Source: Sulfurospirillaceae bacterium
Lineage (GTDB): Bacteria; Campylobacterota; Campylobacteria; Campylobacterales; Sulfurospirillaceae
Reading direction: 5' to 3'
Assembly (NCBI GenBank): GCA_033723415.1
Contig: JAWVXD010000001.1
Span: forward strand, 288,001-352,000
Length of the DNA stretch: 64,000 nucleotides
In this document: piece after piece, positions 50,323-61,253 of the stretch
Numbering within the stretch: position 1 is the stretch's first letter
Layout of the letters: every line of letters begins with the position of its first letter
Program-made: the position numbers and the translations under genes
Notes under the pieces: model-generated
The model's database searches: none
What the model was told of the DNA's origin: nothing
Seen by the model: the letters and a program-made list of their open reading frames with translations, nothing else

Positions 50323-51279
50323 ATGCAACAAGTATATGACGTTATAATTATAGGTAGTGGCCCGGGTGGCGTTGGTGCAGCTATAGAATCAAAAGTTCTA
50401 GGGCTTGAAAAAATTCTTGTTATTGAAAAAGGCGATAACCATTCTCAGACAATTAGAAAATTTTATAAAGACAATAAACGAGTAGATAAAGATTATCAAG
50501 GACAAGAGGTTGATATCAAAGGAAATGTTCAATTTCTAGACGGTACAAAAGAGAGTACTCTTGATTACTTTGATCAACTCATAGATAATGAAGAAATAGA
50601 CGTAGTTTTTAATAGAGAAGTAGAAAAAGTAGAAAAACAAGATGGATTATTTGCAGTGACGACATCTAAAGCAGGATATTTAGCTAAAAATGTGATAGTA
50701 GCTATAGGACGCATGGGAAAACCAAATAAACCTAGCTATAAAATTCCGCCTTCAATCAAACAAAAAGTAAATTTTAATCTAGAGAGATGTACACATGGAG
50801 AAAAGATATTAGTCGTAGGAGGAGGAGATTCTGCATCTGAATACGCTGTTTATCTTGCAAAAGAAAATACTGTAACGTTAAATTATAGAAAAACTGAATT
50901 TTCTAGATTAAACAGTATCAATGCAAAAGAGTTAGCCGATGCAAACGGAGAAGAGAGATTGCGTTTAAGACTAGGTGTAAATATACTAAGTCTTGAAAAT
51001 GAAGGTGGATCGGTTAAAGTAACTTACGATGACGGATATAGCGTTGTTTACGACAGAATTATTTATGCAATTGGCGGGACAACTCCTGTAGATTTCTTGA
51101 AAAAATGTGATGTAGAATTAGATGAAAACAAACAACCGATACTAGATCAAAATTTTGAAACTAACAATAAAGGTTTATACATAGTCGGAGATTTGGCAGT
51201 TGACAGTGGCGGTAGCATTGCTATAGCATTAAATCACGCTTTTCATGCCGTAACTCATATGCTGCAAAAGGATAAGTAA
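50323..51279 (+). CDS. thioredoxin-reductase-like FAD/NAD(P)H oxidoreductase (FqrB-like), copy 1
   Basis: GSGPGG, VGGGDSA, GLYIVGD; no CxxC. Confidence 0.8.
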   Translation: MQQVYDVIIIGSGPGGVGAAIESKVLGLEKILVIEKGDNHSQTIRKFYKDNKRVDKDYQGQEVDIKGNVQFLDGTKESTLDYFDQLIDNEEIDVVFNREVEKVEKQDGLFAVTTSKAGYLAKNVIVAIGRMGKPNKPSYKIPPSIKQKVNFNLERCTHGEKILVVGGGDSASEYAVYLAKENTVTLNYRKTEFSRLNSINAKELADANGEERLRLRLGVNILSLENEGGSVKVTYDDGYSVVYDRIIYAIGGTTPVDFLKKCDVELDENKQPILDQNFETNNKGLYIVGDLAVDSGGSIAIALNHAFHAVTHMLQKDK

Positions 51280-51311
51280 GCTTTATTCTTTAGAGATATT
51301 TTATATATTTA

Positions 51312-51360
51312 TAAAGCCAATATAAAAAAGGATAAATTTTGCCTTATTATATTGGCTTTA
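51312..51360 (+). terminator. stem-loop between the tandem reductase genes
   Basis: TAAAGCCAATATAA...TTATATTGGCTTTA 14-bp inverted repeat. Confidence 0.55.
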
Positions 51361-51432
51361 AAAAAAATTTTACTGCTTTATCAACATAACTAAGGTAAAA
51401 TCCCAACGATTATACAAGACAAGGAGTTTAAA

Positions 51433-52389
51433 ATGCCTCAAATATATGATTTGATAATAGTTGGTGGCGGTCCTGGTGGCATAGGGGCTGCAGTAGAGTC
51501 AAACGTGCTTGGCATAAAAAATATACTTTTAATTGAAAAAGGGGACAATCACTCTCAGACAATTAGAAAATTTTATAAAGAGCATAAAAGAGTAGATAAA
51601 GACTATAAAGGTCAAGTTGTTGAACTAGCAGGAAGTATAGAATTTAAAGACGGCACAAAAGAGAGTACTCTTGATTATTTTGATTTTCTCCTAGACAATG
51701 AACAGATAGACGCTGTATTTAACAGTGAAGTAGAGAGTATTGAAAAATCTGACGGCACCTTTTTAGTTACGACTTCAAATGCCGGATATGTTGCAAAAAA
51801 CGTAATAGTTGCGATCGGTCGCATGGGGAAACCAAATAAACCCAGCAATTATAAAATACCGCCTTCAATCACACAAAGAGTAAATTTCAACCTTGATAAA
51901 TGCGTTAAGGGAGAAAAGATCTTAGTTGTAGGAGGAGGAAATTCTGCTGCTGAATATGCAATTGAATTAGCCGAAAACCATATAGTTACATTAAATTATA
52001 GAAGAACAGAGTTCAATAGACTAAACGATAAAAACCTGGAAATGTTAAACGAATACAATGGACACGAAAAACTAAGACTTAGATTAGGATGTGACATCAC
52101 ATCATTGGAAAATGAAGAAGGACTTGTAAAAGTAAATTTTACTGATGGTTACTACACAATATACGATAGAGTTATATACGCGATCGGTGGAACTACTCCT
52201 GTTGAATTTTTGAGAAAATGCGGAATTGAGATGGATGAAAAAAATGAGCCGATATTTGATGAAAATTATGAAACTTCTACAAAAGGATTATTTGTAGGCG
52301 GCGACATCGCTGTAAGAAACGGTGGAAGTATCGCTATAGCTCTAAACCATACTCATCATATTGTTACTTATATTTTAAATAAAATATAG
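51433..52389 (+). CDS. thioredoxin-reductase-like FAD/NAD(P)H oxidoreductase (FqrB-like), copy 2
   Basis: GGGPGG, VGGGNSA; colinear paralog of 50323-51279. Confidence 0.8.
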   Translation: MPQIYDLIIVGGGPGGIGAAVESNVLGIKNILLIEKGDNHSQTIRKFYKEHKRVDKDYKGQVVELAGSIEFKDGTKESTLDYFDFLLDNEQIDAVFNSEVESIEKSDGTFLVTTSNAGYVAKNVIVAIGRMGKPNKPSNYKIPPSITQRVNFNLDKCVKGEKILVVGGGNSAAEYAIELAENHIVTLNYRRTEFNRLNDKNLEMLNEYNGHEKLRLRLGCDITSLENEEGLVKVNFTDGYYTIYDRVIYAIGGTTPVEFLRKCGIEMDEKNEPIFDENYETSTKGLFVGGDIAVRNGGSIAIALNHTHHIVTYILNKI

Positions 52390-52392
52390 CCT

Positions 52393-52965
52393 ATGCGATA
52401 TAGTTCTTTTTCTATATTTTTGAACTTTATTCTTGTTTTTTTTATAGTAGCCGGATCTGTATATATCTATAAAAAACAGAAGACTGAAGAGACAAGAATA
52501 TTGAAAAACTATATCGCTAAAAAAGATATTAAATTTAGCGATCTGTCAAAAAAAGAGCAAAGAAACTATCTGTACATAGGCTCACCTGATGAATATGATC
52601 CTGATGTTGCTGATTCTTCTGATGAAAATACGAGTCAAAGATACATACAAGAGCTAAAAAACAAGCTTGTTGTAGTACAAGAAGATAATTTGCGTTTATC
52701 TGATGAAAAAGACAAGATATCAAAACTTCTAGCCGATATGAAGTTGGAATTAATAAAACAAAAGAAACTGTTATTGGCACAGAATATAGAGCAGATGGAT
52801 GAAACAGAACAACAACATTATAAAAATATCAGCGAGCTAAGGAAAAGGATAAATGATCTGCAAAGGGAAAATATTGATCTATTGCAAAATGACAATGAGA
52901 GAATAATATCCTTGCAAAATGAAATAAAGATTTTAAAACAAAAATTAAAAGGCAAACAAAAATAA
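52393..52965 (+). CDS. membrane-anchored coiled-coil hypothetical protein
   Basis: N-terminal TM segment, heptad-rich C-terminus. Confidence 0.65.
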   Translation: MRYSSFSIFLNFILVFFIVAGSVYIYKKQKTEETRILKNYIAKKDIKFSDLSKKEQRNYLYIGSPDEYDPDVADSSDENTSQRYIQELKNKLVVVQEDNLRLSDEKDKISKLLADMKLELIKQKKLLLAQNIEQMDETEQQHYKNISELRKRINDLQRENIDLLQNDNERIISLQNEIKILKQKLKGKQK

Positions 52966-52968
52966 CAT

Positions 52969-53658
52969 ATGACTTTTTATCAATATAAAAACGGCTATAG
53001 ATATAACAGCGACACTGTATTTTTATATAATTTTATATCAAAATACAACTTAAAAGGAGAGGTTTTAGATGTAGGTTGCGGATGTGGTATATTGGGTCTT
53101 TTATTAAAGCGGGATTTTGATCAGATCAAGCTTACTCAGATTGACATACAGGAAAAAAATACAATTTTGACACAAAAAAATGCCGCAACAAATAATATAA
53201 CAACTAAAGTTATAAGTGATGATTTCCTTATTCATGATTTTGATGAAAAATTTGATGTAATAGTCAGTAATCCACCTTTTTATCACAGCGGTTCTTTGAA
53301 AAGCGAAGATATTTCATTATACTTAAGCAGACATAGTGATGCACTTGTTTTTGATGACTTTGTAAAAAAAGCGTATAAACTTTTGAATCATAGGGGAAGT
53401 TTGATATTTTGCTATGATGCAAAACAAATAGATATCATTACCGCCTCTCTTATTAACGCAAAATTTAAGATAAATGAGTTGCAATTTGTTCATGTAGATA
53501 AGAACAAGCCTGCAAGCCTAGTGATGATTTTAGCCAAAAGAGAGTCCAAAAGTCTTTGCAAGGTATTGCCTTCTATTGTTTTATACGAAAACAAAGAATT
53601 AACAAAGGATGTTCAAAATTTTTTTATAAAGGCAGATACAAACAGTGAAGATATCTAA
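52969..53658 (+). CDS. SAM-dependent methyltransferase (tRNA1(Val) m6A37/TrmN6-like)
   Basis: YQYKNGYRYNSD, LDVGCGCG, NPPF. Confidence 0.8.
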   Translation: MTFYQYKNGYRYNSDTVFLYNFISKYNLKGEVLDVGCGCGILGLLLKRDFDQIKLTQIDIQEKNTILTQKNAATNNITTKVISDDFLIHDFDEKFDVIVSNPPFYHSGSLKSEDISLYLSRHSDALVFDDFVKKAYKLLNHRGSLIFCYDAKQIDIITASLINAKFKINELQFVHVDKNKPASLVMILAKRESKSLCKVLPSIVLYENKELTKDVQNFFIKADTNSEDI

Positions 53659-54019
53659 AGATGGTTACAATTTTAGTTTTAATCCCAAAGCTTGTGAGAG
53701 CTGCGAAGGAAATTGCTGTATAGGGGAGAGTGGCTATATCTGGGTTGACAAGAAAGAGGCCGAGAATATTGCCGTTTTTTTGGGTATTTCTGTAGAAGAT
53801 TTTTATAGTTTTTATCTAAAAAAAGTCAATTATAAATATTCGTTAAAAGAGATTGAGTATAATGGCGGTTACAAGTGCATCTTTTTTGACGAAACTAAAA
53901 AAGGCTGTACTATTTATCCCGTAAGACCGAAACAATGTATTAGTTTTCCGTTTTGGGATCATTTTAAAACAAATATCAAAGATGTGGAGGATGAATGTCC
54001 AGGTATAGTACGACACTGA
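53645..54019 (+). CDS. YkgJ-family cysteine-cluster protein
   Basis: CESCEGNCC, CIFFD, CTIYPVRPKQCISFPFW, CPG. Confidence 0.88.
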   Translation: MKISKDGYNFSFNPKACESCEGNCCIGESGYIWVDKKEAENIAVFLGISVEDFYSFYLKKVNYKYSLKEIEYNGGYKCIFFDETKKGCTIYPVRPKQCISFPFWDHFKTNIKDVEDECPGIVRH

Positions 54020-55278
54020 TTTTTATAATATTTTTTCTTTTTTACGGGTGTGCTCCAAAAGAGCCTAATGTTCCTATCGGCAAAAAAGCTTTTGCAAATG
54101 AAGATATAATGATAATGAAAGCGCTTGAATATCAAAGACTTGGTAGACATGATGATGTTGTAAGAACGTTTAAAACTCTATATGAAAAAAGCCATAAAAT
54201 TAATTATCTTGAAGAAGAGGCAAGAGCATCCTTCTTAACTAACAATCAAAAGAGAACATATAATATCTTGAAATATGCAATAAACAAATATCCAGAAAAT
54301 CTGTTTTTTAAGAAGTTGCAATCTGGTTATTACATGAAAGAAAAGGATTATCCAAATGCAGAAAAGATCGCATTGGATGTCTTAAATAAAGACAAAAGTG
54401 CTGACAATCTATCTATGCTTGGTGATATTTACTTCATGGAAAAATCATACAATCTATCACTAAAATATTATGAAAGTGCCTTTAAGGTAAATAAATCAGA
54501 AGACTTACTCTTGAGTATGGTAAATCTTCTATATAAATTTTTGGACAGGAAAAAAGAAGCCATATCATATTTGGAAACATATATTAGGATCCAAGATGCA
54601 AGCAAAAATGTTTATTTTACACTCATTAGGATTTATGGAGAAGAAAAGAACATAGACGGACTTATCTCTACTTATGAAGAGTTATATAACAAATTTAAAA
54701 AAGATGAGTACGGTAAAAAAGTAATAGATTTGTTAATGTATAAAAAAGATAAAGATGCTGCTATAAAATTTTTGGAAAAAAGTGACTATAACCCGCAAAT
54801 GTTGCTAGACATCTATACATCAGATAGAGATTTCAAGAATGCATATAGAATAGCAGAAAAGATATATAACTCAACAAATGATATCAATTTTCTAGGTAAA
54901 ATGGCTATATTTGAGTATGAATCAAACAAAGATCATCTCAATGCAAAAATACTAAAATCCGTTTCTATGAAGTTTGAAAAAGTTTTGAAAACTTTGCAAG
55001 ATCCATTGTATTTGAACTATTATGGATATTTATTGATAGATCATGATCTGGATGTCAAAAAAGGTATAAAACTGGTGAAATTAGCGCTTAAGGCAGATAA
55101 AAATTCTCCGTTTTATCTTGATTCTCTTGCATGGGGATACTATAAATTAAACCAATGCTCTAAAGCTATGAAGATCATGAACCAATTTATCAACGAGACC
55201 AACGAACCGGAAGTTATGATGCACTATAAGCTGATTCAAAAATGTTTAATAGACAAAAAGAACAAAGAGAAAAAATGA
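53995..55278 (+). CDS. TPR-repeat lipoprotein
   Basis: Lipobox-like FYGC, helical repeats, [18 protein letters not shown]. Confidence 0.8.
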   Translation: MSRYSTTLIFIIFFLFYGCAPKEPNVPIGKKAFANEDIMIMKALEYQRLGRHDDVVRTFKTLYEKSHKINYLEEEARASFLTNNQKRTYNILKYAINKYPENLFFKKLQSGYYMKEKDYPNAEKIALDVLNKDKSADNLSMLGDIYFMEKSYNLSLKYYESAFKVNKSEDLLLSMVNLLYKFLDRKKEAISYLETYIRIQDASKNVYFTLIRIYGEEKNIDGLISTYEELYNKFKKDEYGKKVIDLLMYKKDKDAAIKFLEKSDYNPQMLLDIYTSDRDFKNAYRIAEKIYNSTNDINFLGKMAIFEYESNKDHLNAKILKSVSMKFEKVLKTLQDPLYLNYYGYLLIDHDLDVKKGIKLVKLALKADKNSPFYLDSLAWGYYKLNQCSKAMKIMNQFINETNEPEVMMHYKLIQKCLIDKKNKEKK

Positions 55279-56060
55279 TATTAGATGATATAATTGAAAA
55301 AACAAAAGAAGATCTAGAGATCAGAAAAGAAAAATTTTCGATGGATTGGCTAGGCAGGAGCTTAGCTTATAATCCTTATCCTCCAAGAGATGTAAGAGAA
55401 TTTTTGACTTCAAGCAAAGAAGATCCTTATAAGATCATAGCAGAAGTCAAAAAAGCAAGTCCCAGCAAGGGAATCATACGTGAAGAGTTTGATCCTCTTC
55501 AAATCGCAAAAGATTATGAAGCAGGTGGGGCAAATGCTATCTCCGTTTTGACAGAGCCTCACTTTTTCAAAGGTGATCTAGAGTATTTGACGATGCTAAG
55601 AAGATATACATCACTTCCACTTTTGAGAAAAGATTTCATAATAGACGAATACCAGATATTGGAAGCTGCCGTATACGGTGCAGACTTTATCCTGCTTATA
55701 GCAAAAGCACTTTCAAAACAGGAGCTAAAGAAGCTTCTGGAATATGCTTGGAGACTTGGGTTAAATGCTTTGGTCGAGATACATGACAAGGATGATCTCA
55801 CAAAGGCTATCTTTGCAGGAGCCGATATAATAGGCATAAATCACAGAAACCTGGATACATTTGAGATGGATATGAAACTCAGTGAAAAGCTAATACCTCT
55901 TATACCAAATGGCAAGATTATAGTTGCAGAAAGTGGACTCTCGGACAAAGCAACGCTTGTAGAACTGAACAAAGTCGGAGTAGATGCTTTCTTGATCGGA
56001 GAATTTTTTATGAGACAAGATGACATCGTAAAATCACTTAAAGAATTTAAAGAGATCTGA
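55275..56060 (+). CDS. trpC: indole-3-glycerol phosphate synthase
   Basis: [34 protein letters not shown]. Confidence 0.96.
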   Translation: MILDDIIEKTKEDLEIRKEKFSMDWLGRSLAYNPYPPRDVREFLTSSKEDPYKIIAEVKKASPSKGIIREEFDPLQIAKDYEAGGANAISVLTEPHFFKGDLEYLTMLRRYTSLPLLRKDFIIDEYQILEAAVYGADFILLIAKALSKQELKKLLEYAWRLGLNALVEIHDKDDLTKAIFAGADIIGINHRNLDTFEMDMKLSEKLIPLIPNGKIIVAESGLSDKATLVELNKVGVDAFLIGEFFMRQDDIVKSLKEFKEI

Positions 56061-56554
56061 TGGATTATTTATATGCGCCTTGGAGAACAGAGTATGTCAC
56101 TAGAGGCAAACATGAGTGCGTTTTTTGTGCTATAGCCGAACATGAAGAAGCTGATGAAGAGAACAGTGTTCTATATCGAGATGAACTTTGCTTTGTTGTC
56201 ATGAATAAGTATCCCTATACTGCAGGACATCTTTTGGTCGTACCAGTATGTCATACCGATTCTATAGAAAGTTTAGATGAAAAGGTCTGGATTCACATCA
56301 GTAAAATTGTAAGACAGTGTAACTCAATGCTAAAAGATGAATTTAACGCCGATGGGATAAATATAGGTATGAATCTTGGCAAAGCAGCAGGTGCCGGGAT
56401 TGCTGAGCATATTCACTACCACATCATGCCACGCTGGCTTGGAGACACTAACTTTATAACCACTATTGCAAACAGCAGGGTCTTTTCAACTGATTTCAAA
56501 AAAATTTATACAAGACTTAAAAATGATATAGGAAAATATGTTAAAAATAATTAG
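56060..56554 (+). CDS. HIT-family hydrolase
   Basis: CVFC, NKYPY..GHLL, HIHYHI triad. Confidence 0.92.
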   Translation: MDYLYAPWRTEYVTRGKHECVFCAIAEHEEADEENSVLYRDELCFVVMNKYPYTAGHLLVVPVCHTDSIESLDEKVWIHISKIVRQCNSMLKDEFNADGINIGMNLGKAAGAGIAEHIHYHIMPRWLGDTNFITTIANSRVFSTDFKKIYTRLKNDIGKYVKNN

Positions 56555-57545
56555 CACGGAAGATTTTTTAGACGATTTAGATGAATTTGATATCATCATA
56601 GATGCAAGAAGCCCTAAAGAGTATCATCATTCCAAGATTCCAAATGCCGTTAATCTTTATGCTCTAAGCGACAGTGAACATCAGGAAGTAGGGTATATTT
56701 ATAAGCAGCTATCTAAAAATGATGCCAAACTAAAGGGTGCAAGTTACATATGCTTAAATGCTTCAAGACATGTTTTTACACTTAGCAATATGTGTAAAAT
56801 AGGCTCTAAAATAGCTATCTATTGTGCTAGAGGAGGGCTTAGGTCAGCTTCATTAGCCACGATATTTTCCAACATAGGATATAGAGTATATAAACTTGAA
56901 TTTGGTTATAAAGGCTATAGAAACGCCGTGGTAGATTATCTAGAAAATTTCAATCAAATAGATTTTATAGTATTGGGCGGCAATACCGGGTGCGGTAAAA
57001 GTGAACTTTTACAAAATTTAGCAAATTCTATAGATTTGGAAGCCTTGGCAAATCACCTAGGTTCTACATTTGGATCTGTAAAAGGAGTTCAACCGACTCA
57101 AAAAGAGTTTCAAAACAGACTACATGACGCACTCCGTCATGTGGACAAGACTAAGCCGGTATTTATAGAAGGGGAAAGTAAAAGGATTGGCTCGATCATA
57201 TTGCCAGATCTTTTATATAAGAAGATGGGTGAAGGCATGAGAGTTGAGATCACTGCCCCGATTGGACAAAGAGTTGAAAGAATTTTAAAAGATTATATCA
57301 ATATTGATGATGATTTTTTTTATCGTTCAATGGAAAAAATCACTCCATACATCAAAAAAAGTGCGAAGAGCGAAGCTATAAAATTTTATCAAGAAAAAAA
57401 TCTAGCTAAAGTAGCTGAAATCTTACTTTTAGACTATTATGATAACGTTTATAAGAAACCGGAGAAGATAGATATTAGCATAGACAATAGTGATATTTCT
57501 GTTACATTATCAAGACTACATAAGATTTCAAAAGTAAAAAAATAA
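56538..57545 (+). CDS. mnmH: tRNA 2-selenouridine synthase
   Basis: Rhodanese domain (DARSPKEY, YCARGGLRS), P-loop GNTGCGKS, DLEALANH, EGES. Confidence 0.92.
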   Translation: MLKIISTEDFLDDLDEFDIIIDARSPKEYHHSKIPNAVNLYALSDSEHQEVGYIYKQLSKNDAKLKGASYICLNASRHVFTLSNMCKIGSKIAIYCARGGLRSASLATIFSNIGYRVYKLEFGYKGYRNAVVDYLENFNQIDFIVLGGNTGCGKSELLQNLANSIDLEALANHLGSTFGSVKGVQPTQKEFQNRLHDALRHVDKTKPVFIEGESKRIGSIILPDLLYKKMGEGMRVEITAPIGQRVERILKDYINIDDDFFYRSMEKITPYIKKSAKSEAIKFYQEKNLAKVAEILLLDYYDNVYKKPEKIDISIDNSDISVTLSRLHKISKVKK

Positions 57546-57605
57546 TTTTATTTCACTTTTAATACTCATACTGTAAACTCTATAAAAATTTATTAAAGGG
57601 TCAAA

Positions 57606-58064
57606 ATGATAAAAAAGATTTTCTTATTTTCAGTTATCGCTACTTCATTGATAGTAGCCGGTAATATCGAGGTAAAGGATGCTTATGTAAGAGCAGTTCC
57701 ACCAAGTTTACCTAACTCAGCTTCATTCATGAAGCTTATAAATCACAGCAGTGATATCATATATTTGAAGCGAGCAGATTCAACTCTGGCTAAAAGATTA
57801 GAATTACATGAACACACAATGGAAAACGGAATGATGGTTATGCGCAAAGTTCCAAGTATAAAGATACCTGCAAAATCAATGGTTATGCTAAAACCGGGAG
57901 GTTATCATATTATGTTGATTGGCTTGAAAAAGCATCTAAAGAATCATGACACTGTTAAAAAAATTGATCTATATTTTTCAAACGGTGAAAAAGTAATACT
58001 TAGAAATGTGCCTGTAAAAAGCGTTATGGGCGGCATGAACATGAGTAAAATGAAGAAGAACTAG
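57606..58064 (+). CDS. periplasmic copper chaperone PCu(A)C
   Basis: Signal peptide, ELHEH..MMVM, LKPGGYHIML. Confidence 0.92.
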   Translation: MIKKIFLFSVIATSLIVAGNIEVKDAYVRAVPPSLPNSASFMKLINHSSDIIYLKRADSTLAKRLELHEHTMENGMMVMRKVPSIKIPAKSMVMLKPGGYHIMLIGLKKHLKNHDTVKKIDLYFSNGEKVILRNVPVKSVMGGMNMSKMKKN

Positions 58065-58070
58065 ATAACC

Positions 58071-58652
58071 ATGAAAAAAAAGCTTATACTTACACTTCTG
58101 CCTATAGCTGTTTTGGCATTCATTGTCTTTATTGGAGTTCCATACTATCAAAACCAACAATTAGTTAAGAAATATGCATTTACTATGGATTCAGCAGGAG
58201 GTAAGGTAAGCCTGAGTGATTTTAAAGGCAAGATCGCGATCATCTACTTTGGATATATGTACTGTCCTGATATTTGTCCTACAACGCTCAGTATGATTAG
58301 TGATGCACTACATAAACTGCCAAAAGAAGAGGCTAAAAAATTTCAACTGATCTTTATAAGCGTAGATCCGGACAGAGACAAAGTAAAAAATTTGAAAGAA
58401 TACGCTTCCTACTTCTATCCAAGCGCAATCGGCTTGACTTCATCTGCAAAAAATCTAAAAGCTGTCAGTAGAGAATATGGAGCCTATTATTCAAAGATAT
58501 ATGAAAAAGGCTCCAAAACAAACTACTCGGTAGCCCATACTTCAAATGTTTATCTTATGGATAAAGAGGGCAAGCTGGAAAAAACGATCCCTCATACAGA
58601 CGATGAAAATGTATTTCTTACAAATTTCAAGGAAGCCTTGAAATCGATGTGA
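58071..58652 (+). CDS. SCO-family copper chaperone
   Basis: FGYMYCPDICP, SVDPDRD, HTS. Confidence 0.93.
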   Translation: MKKKLILTLLPIAVLAFIVFIGVPYYQNQQLVKKYAFTMDSAGGKVSLSDFKGKIAIIYFGYMYCPDICPTTLSMISDALHKLPKEEAKKFQLIFISVDPDRDKVKNLKEYASYFYPSAIGLTSSAKNLKAVSREYGAYYSKIYEKGSKTNYSVAHTSNVYLMDKEGKLEKTIPHTDDENVFLTNFKEALKSM

Positions 58653-58697
58653 CATACTATTCTCATATAATTTTTATAAAGCTATCTATGGGCATTG

Positions 58698-58731
58698 GCT
58701 ACTTTTTTGATATATAAATCAAAGAAGTAGC
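58698..58731. terminator. stem-loop after SCO gene
   Basis: GCTACTTTTTTGAT...ATCAAAGAAGTAGC. Confidence 0.5.
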
Positions 58732-58984
58732 AACAAAACACATGAAATAATATAAAGCATTTTTCACATTAGAACCAAATCTCTTGAACATATCAATGTT
58801 ACATATAGATACATATATAATAGTTTGTCTATTAGGCAGTGAATTTATGGTTTTATGTGTTGAAATTTTGACTTAACCTCTAAGTGCGCTTTGATATAAT
58901 CCGCTTTGCTTTTCTTTTAATAATTTATGCTTAGTATTTTTGTGGTATAGTATTCTAAACTAAATAATTATGCAGAGGAATTAT

Positions 58985-59392
58985 ATGGAAGCTATAACAA
59001 CTATTAGCACAATATTATCCAGTGTGAAAACTGCAACAGAAATTGCAAAACTTATCAAAAATAGTTCTACTTCATTAGAAGAAGCAGAAATTAAACTTCA
59101 AATGGCAGAACTTATTGGTACACTTGCTGATATTAAAATTGAACTTGCAGAAGTTCAATTTGCTCAAAGAGAAAAAGAAGAACAAATAAGAAAATTAGAA
59201 AAGCTACTCGCAAAAAAGGAGAAATTGACTTTTAAAAAAGATATGTATTGGATGGAAAATGATGATGTGCCATTTTGTAAAGTTTGTTTTGAAAGTAATT
59301 TAAAATATCATCATTTGGATTATGTAGCAAAAAGTGAATATGGTTTAGAAAGCTACTATTGTCGTGTGTGTAATAATAGCTATTATGTATGA
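58985..59392 (+). CDS. hypothetical coiled-coil protein with C-terminal zinc ribbon
   Basis: Amphipathic/coiled-coil N-terminus, PFCKVC...YCRVC; ATG 58985 follows GAGG. Confidence 0.75.
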   Translation: MEAITTISTILSSVKTATEIAKLIKNSSTSLEEAEIKLQMAELIGTLADIKIELAEVQFAQREKEEQIRKLEKLLAKKEKLTFKKDMYWMENDDVPFCKVCFESNLKYHHLDYVAKSEYGLESYYCRVCNNSYYV

Positions 59393-59455
59393 CAGAATTA
59401 GGATAAAAATAGTTGATCCTGCGAACGCAATTATTCGTTAAATCAAACATTAGTA
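59387..59455 (+). repeat. degenerate attC-like site (69 bp)
   Basis: GTATGAC...AATAGTTG-ATCCTGCGAACG-CAATTATT...TCAAAC-ATTAGTA; same length and layout as array attCs; both core triplets mutated. Confidence 0.55.
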
Positions 59456-59476
59456 TAACACGATAAGGTAGAAGAA

Positions 59477-60256
59477 TTGCAAAATACAATTAAATGCTAC
59501 ATGTGCACAAGAGATGCTGCTTCTAGGGAACATATACCACCAAAAAATTTATTTCCTGAGCAAAAAGATATTGGAGAAGATTATAGACAATATCTTATTA
59601 CGGTACCAAGTTGTGAAATACATAATAGTGCTAAGAGTAAAGACGATGAATTTTTAATGGTTAGCTTAGCTGGAATATTTGGCAACAACTCAATTGGATA
59701 CTTACATAAATTTACAAAAGTAAATCGTGCAATTAGACGAACTTCGAATAGGCTGCTAGATAAAGCATTTATAAAAAGAAAACACTATTACTTACAAAAG
59801 GACAACAGTTTTATTGAAATAATATGGGGAAATCCAGATTATAAAAGACTGATTACTTGTTTTGAACATATAGCGTATGGACTTCATTATCATCATTTAA
59901 AGAAACGCTTACGAGGTAAAGTAAAAGTTCTTCTTGGTTATCTTCATAGTGAAGATGAAAATAATAATAATTTTGTTCAATTTATAAAACATCAATCGAA
60001 AATTGATTTAAAAGATGTACCTCTATGCGGAGCAAATAAGGATATTTTTTCTTATCAATTTTCAGAACCAGATCATTATGGGACATATTTAGTTCTTATG
60101 AGATTTTATGGAGGAATTGATGTATATGCTTCTTTTTTACCAGAAGACAAACCAGAAGTATATGACTTGGGAATAGCAATTGCAAATGCTTCTGATGAAA
60201 TCATATTCAAAGTCGAAGATAAGGAATATAGGGTCAAACATGTAAATAAAAAATAA
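59477..60256 (+). CDS. HNH-endonuclease-like protein
   Basis: CYMC..SREHIPP..LITVPSCEIHNSAKS (beta-beta-alpha-Me/HNH pattern). Confidence 0.72.
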   Translation: MQNTIKCYMCTRDAASREHIPPKNLFPEQKDIGEDYRQYLITVPSCEIHNSAKSKDDEFLMVSLAGIFGNNSIGYLHKFTKVNRAIRRTSNRLLDKAFIKRKHYYLQKDNSFIEIIWGNPDYKRLITCFEHIAYGLHYHHLKKRLRGKVKVLLGYLHSEDENNNNFVQFIKHQSKIDLKDVPLCGANKDIFSYQFSEPDHYGTYLVLMRFYGGIDVYASFLPEDKPEVYDLGIAIANASDEIIFKVEDKEYRVKHVNKK

Positions 60257-60323
60257 AATAGCAATCTTGTAGTAGTTTTATATTTTTAAATACCTGATAA
60301 CATATCGGTCTATTCTAAGGTGG

Positions 60324-61226
60324 TTATTGCACTAACCACCTATCTATGACTAAAAATACGACTACTGCTAGGGTGTAAAGGTTTAATTGCATGAAGATTT
60401 TCTTGCACAATCTTTTATCCGACCAGGCATCATCTCTCAGAAGAACAAAGCTTTTATATGCCAAAAAGATTGAATGTAAAATTATAAATGCAAAGATCAC
60501 TGTACTTTTTGGTATAAAAAATGACACAACCATCAGAGCACTTATGATCGTCAACAATATCCATACATAGGTTATATGAGACAATGACTGAGCACCGACC
60601 ACATTTGCCATATTTGGGAACTTTGCTTTATTGTAGTCATTTTGGTACATCAGCACCAATAACCAAAAGTGAGGAATTTGCCATATAAAATAAAACCAAG
60701 CAATGGCCAAGAAAGATGGACTAAATACACTTTGATCCGTAGCCATAGTACACAGCACTGTCGGGATTACACCCAAGATAGCACCTGGAAATACCGCATA
60801 TGCACTAGTTCTTTTCATAGGCGTATAAATAGCATTGTACAGGATAACAACAAAAGCAAATATCACAACTCCACTAATTCCAAGTACGTAATATTCGATC
60901 AATGTTGAAGTACCGATCAATCCTATGATAATTCCTAATGCCTCTTTTTCACTTATACTACCGGTAACTAGAGGTCTGTTTTGTGTTCTTGGCATAAGAG
61001 CGTCTAATTGACGCTCTTGAAACTGGTTTAACGCACTAACACCCAGTGCCAACAAAAATATAGCCAATACAGAAAGCCAAAAACCAGGATTGATTTCATC
61101 TGCAAATAAAAGATATGACAACGCACCGGGTATCATAACCGCAAACGATAGATAAGCCTTTGTCAGAGCAATATAATCTTTTACACCTGCACCTTGTTTA
61201 TCTATTAAAATAGCCGTTTTCATCAC
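60324..61226 (-). CDS. cyoE: protoheme IX farnesyltransferase (heme o synthase)
   Basis: ALNQFQERQLDALMPRTQNRPL, YTPMKR, WQIPHFW. Confidence 0.92.
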   Translation of the reverse strand: MMKTAILIDKQGAGVKDYIALTKAYLSFAVMIPGALSYLLFADEINPGFWLSVLAIFLLALGVSALNQFQERQLDALMPRTQNRPLVTGSISEKEALGIIIGLIGTSTLIEYYVLGISGVVIFAFVVILYNAIYTPMKRTSAYAVFPGAILGVIPTVLCTMATDQSVFSPSFLAIAWFYFIWQIPHFWLLVLMYQNDYNKAKFPNMANVVGAQSLSHITYVWILLTIISALMVVSFFIPKSTVIFAFIILHSIFLAYKSFVLLRDDAWSDKRLCKKIFMQLNLYTLAVVVFLVIDRWLVQ

Positions 61227-61253
61227 TAAAATCTCCCTTTGGCTTTCATTTTA

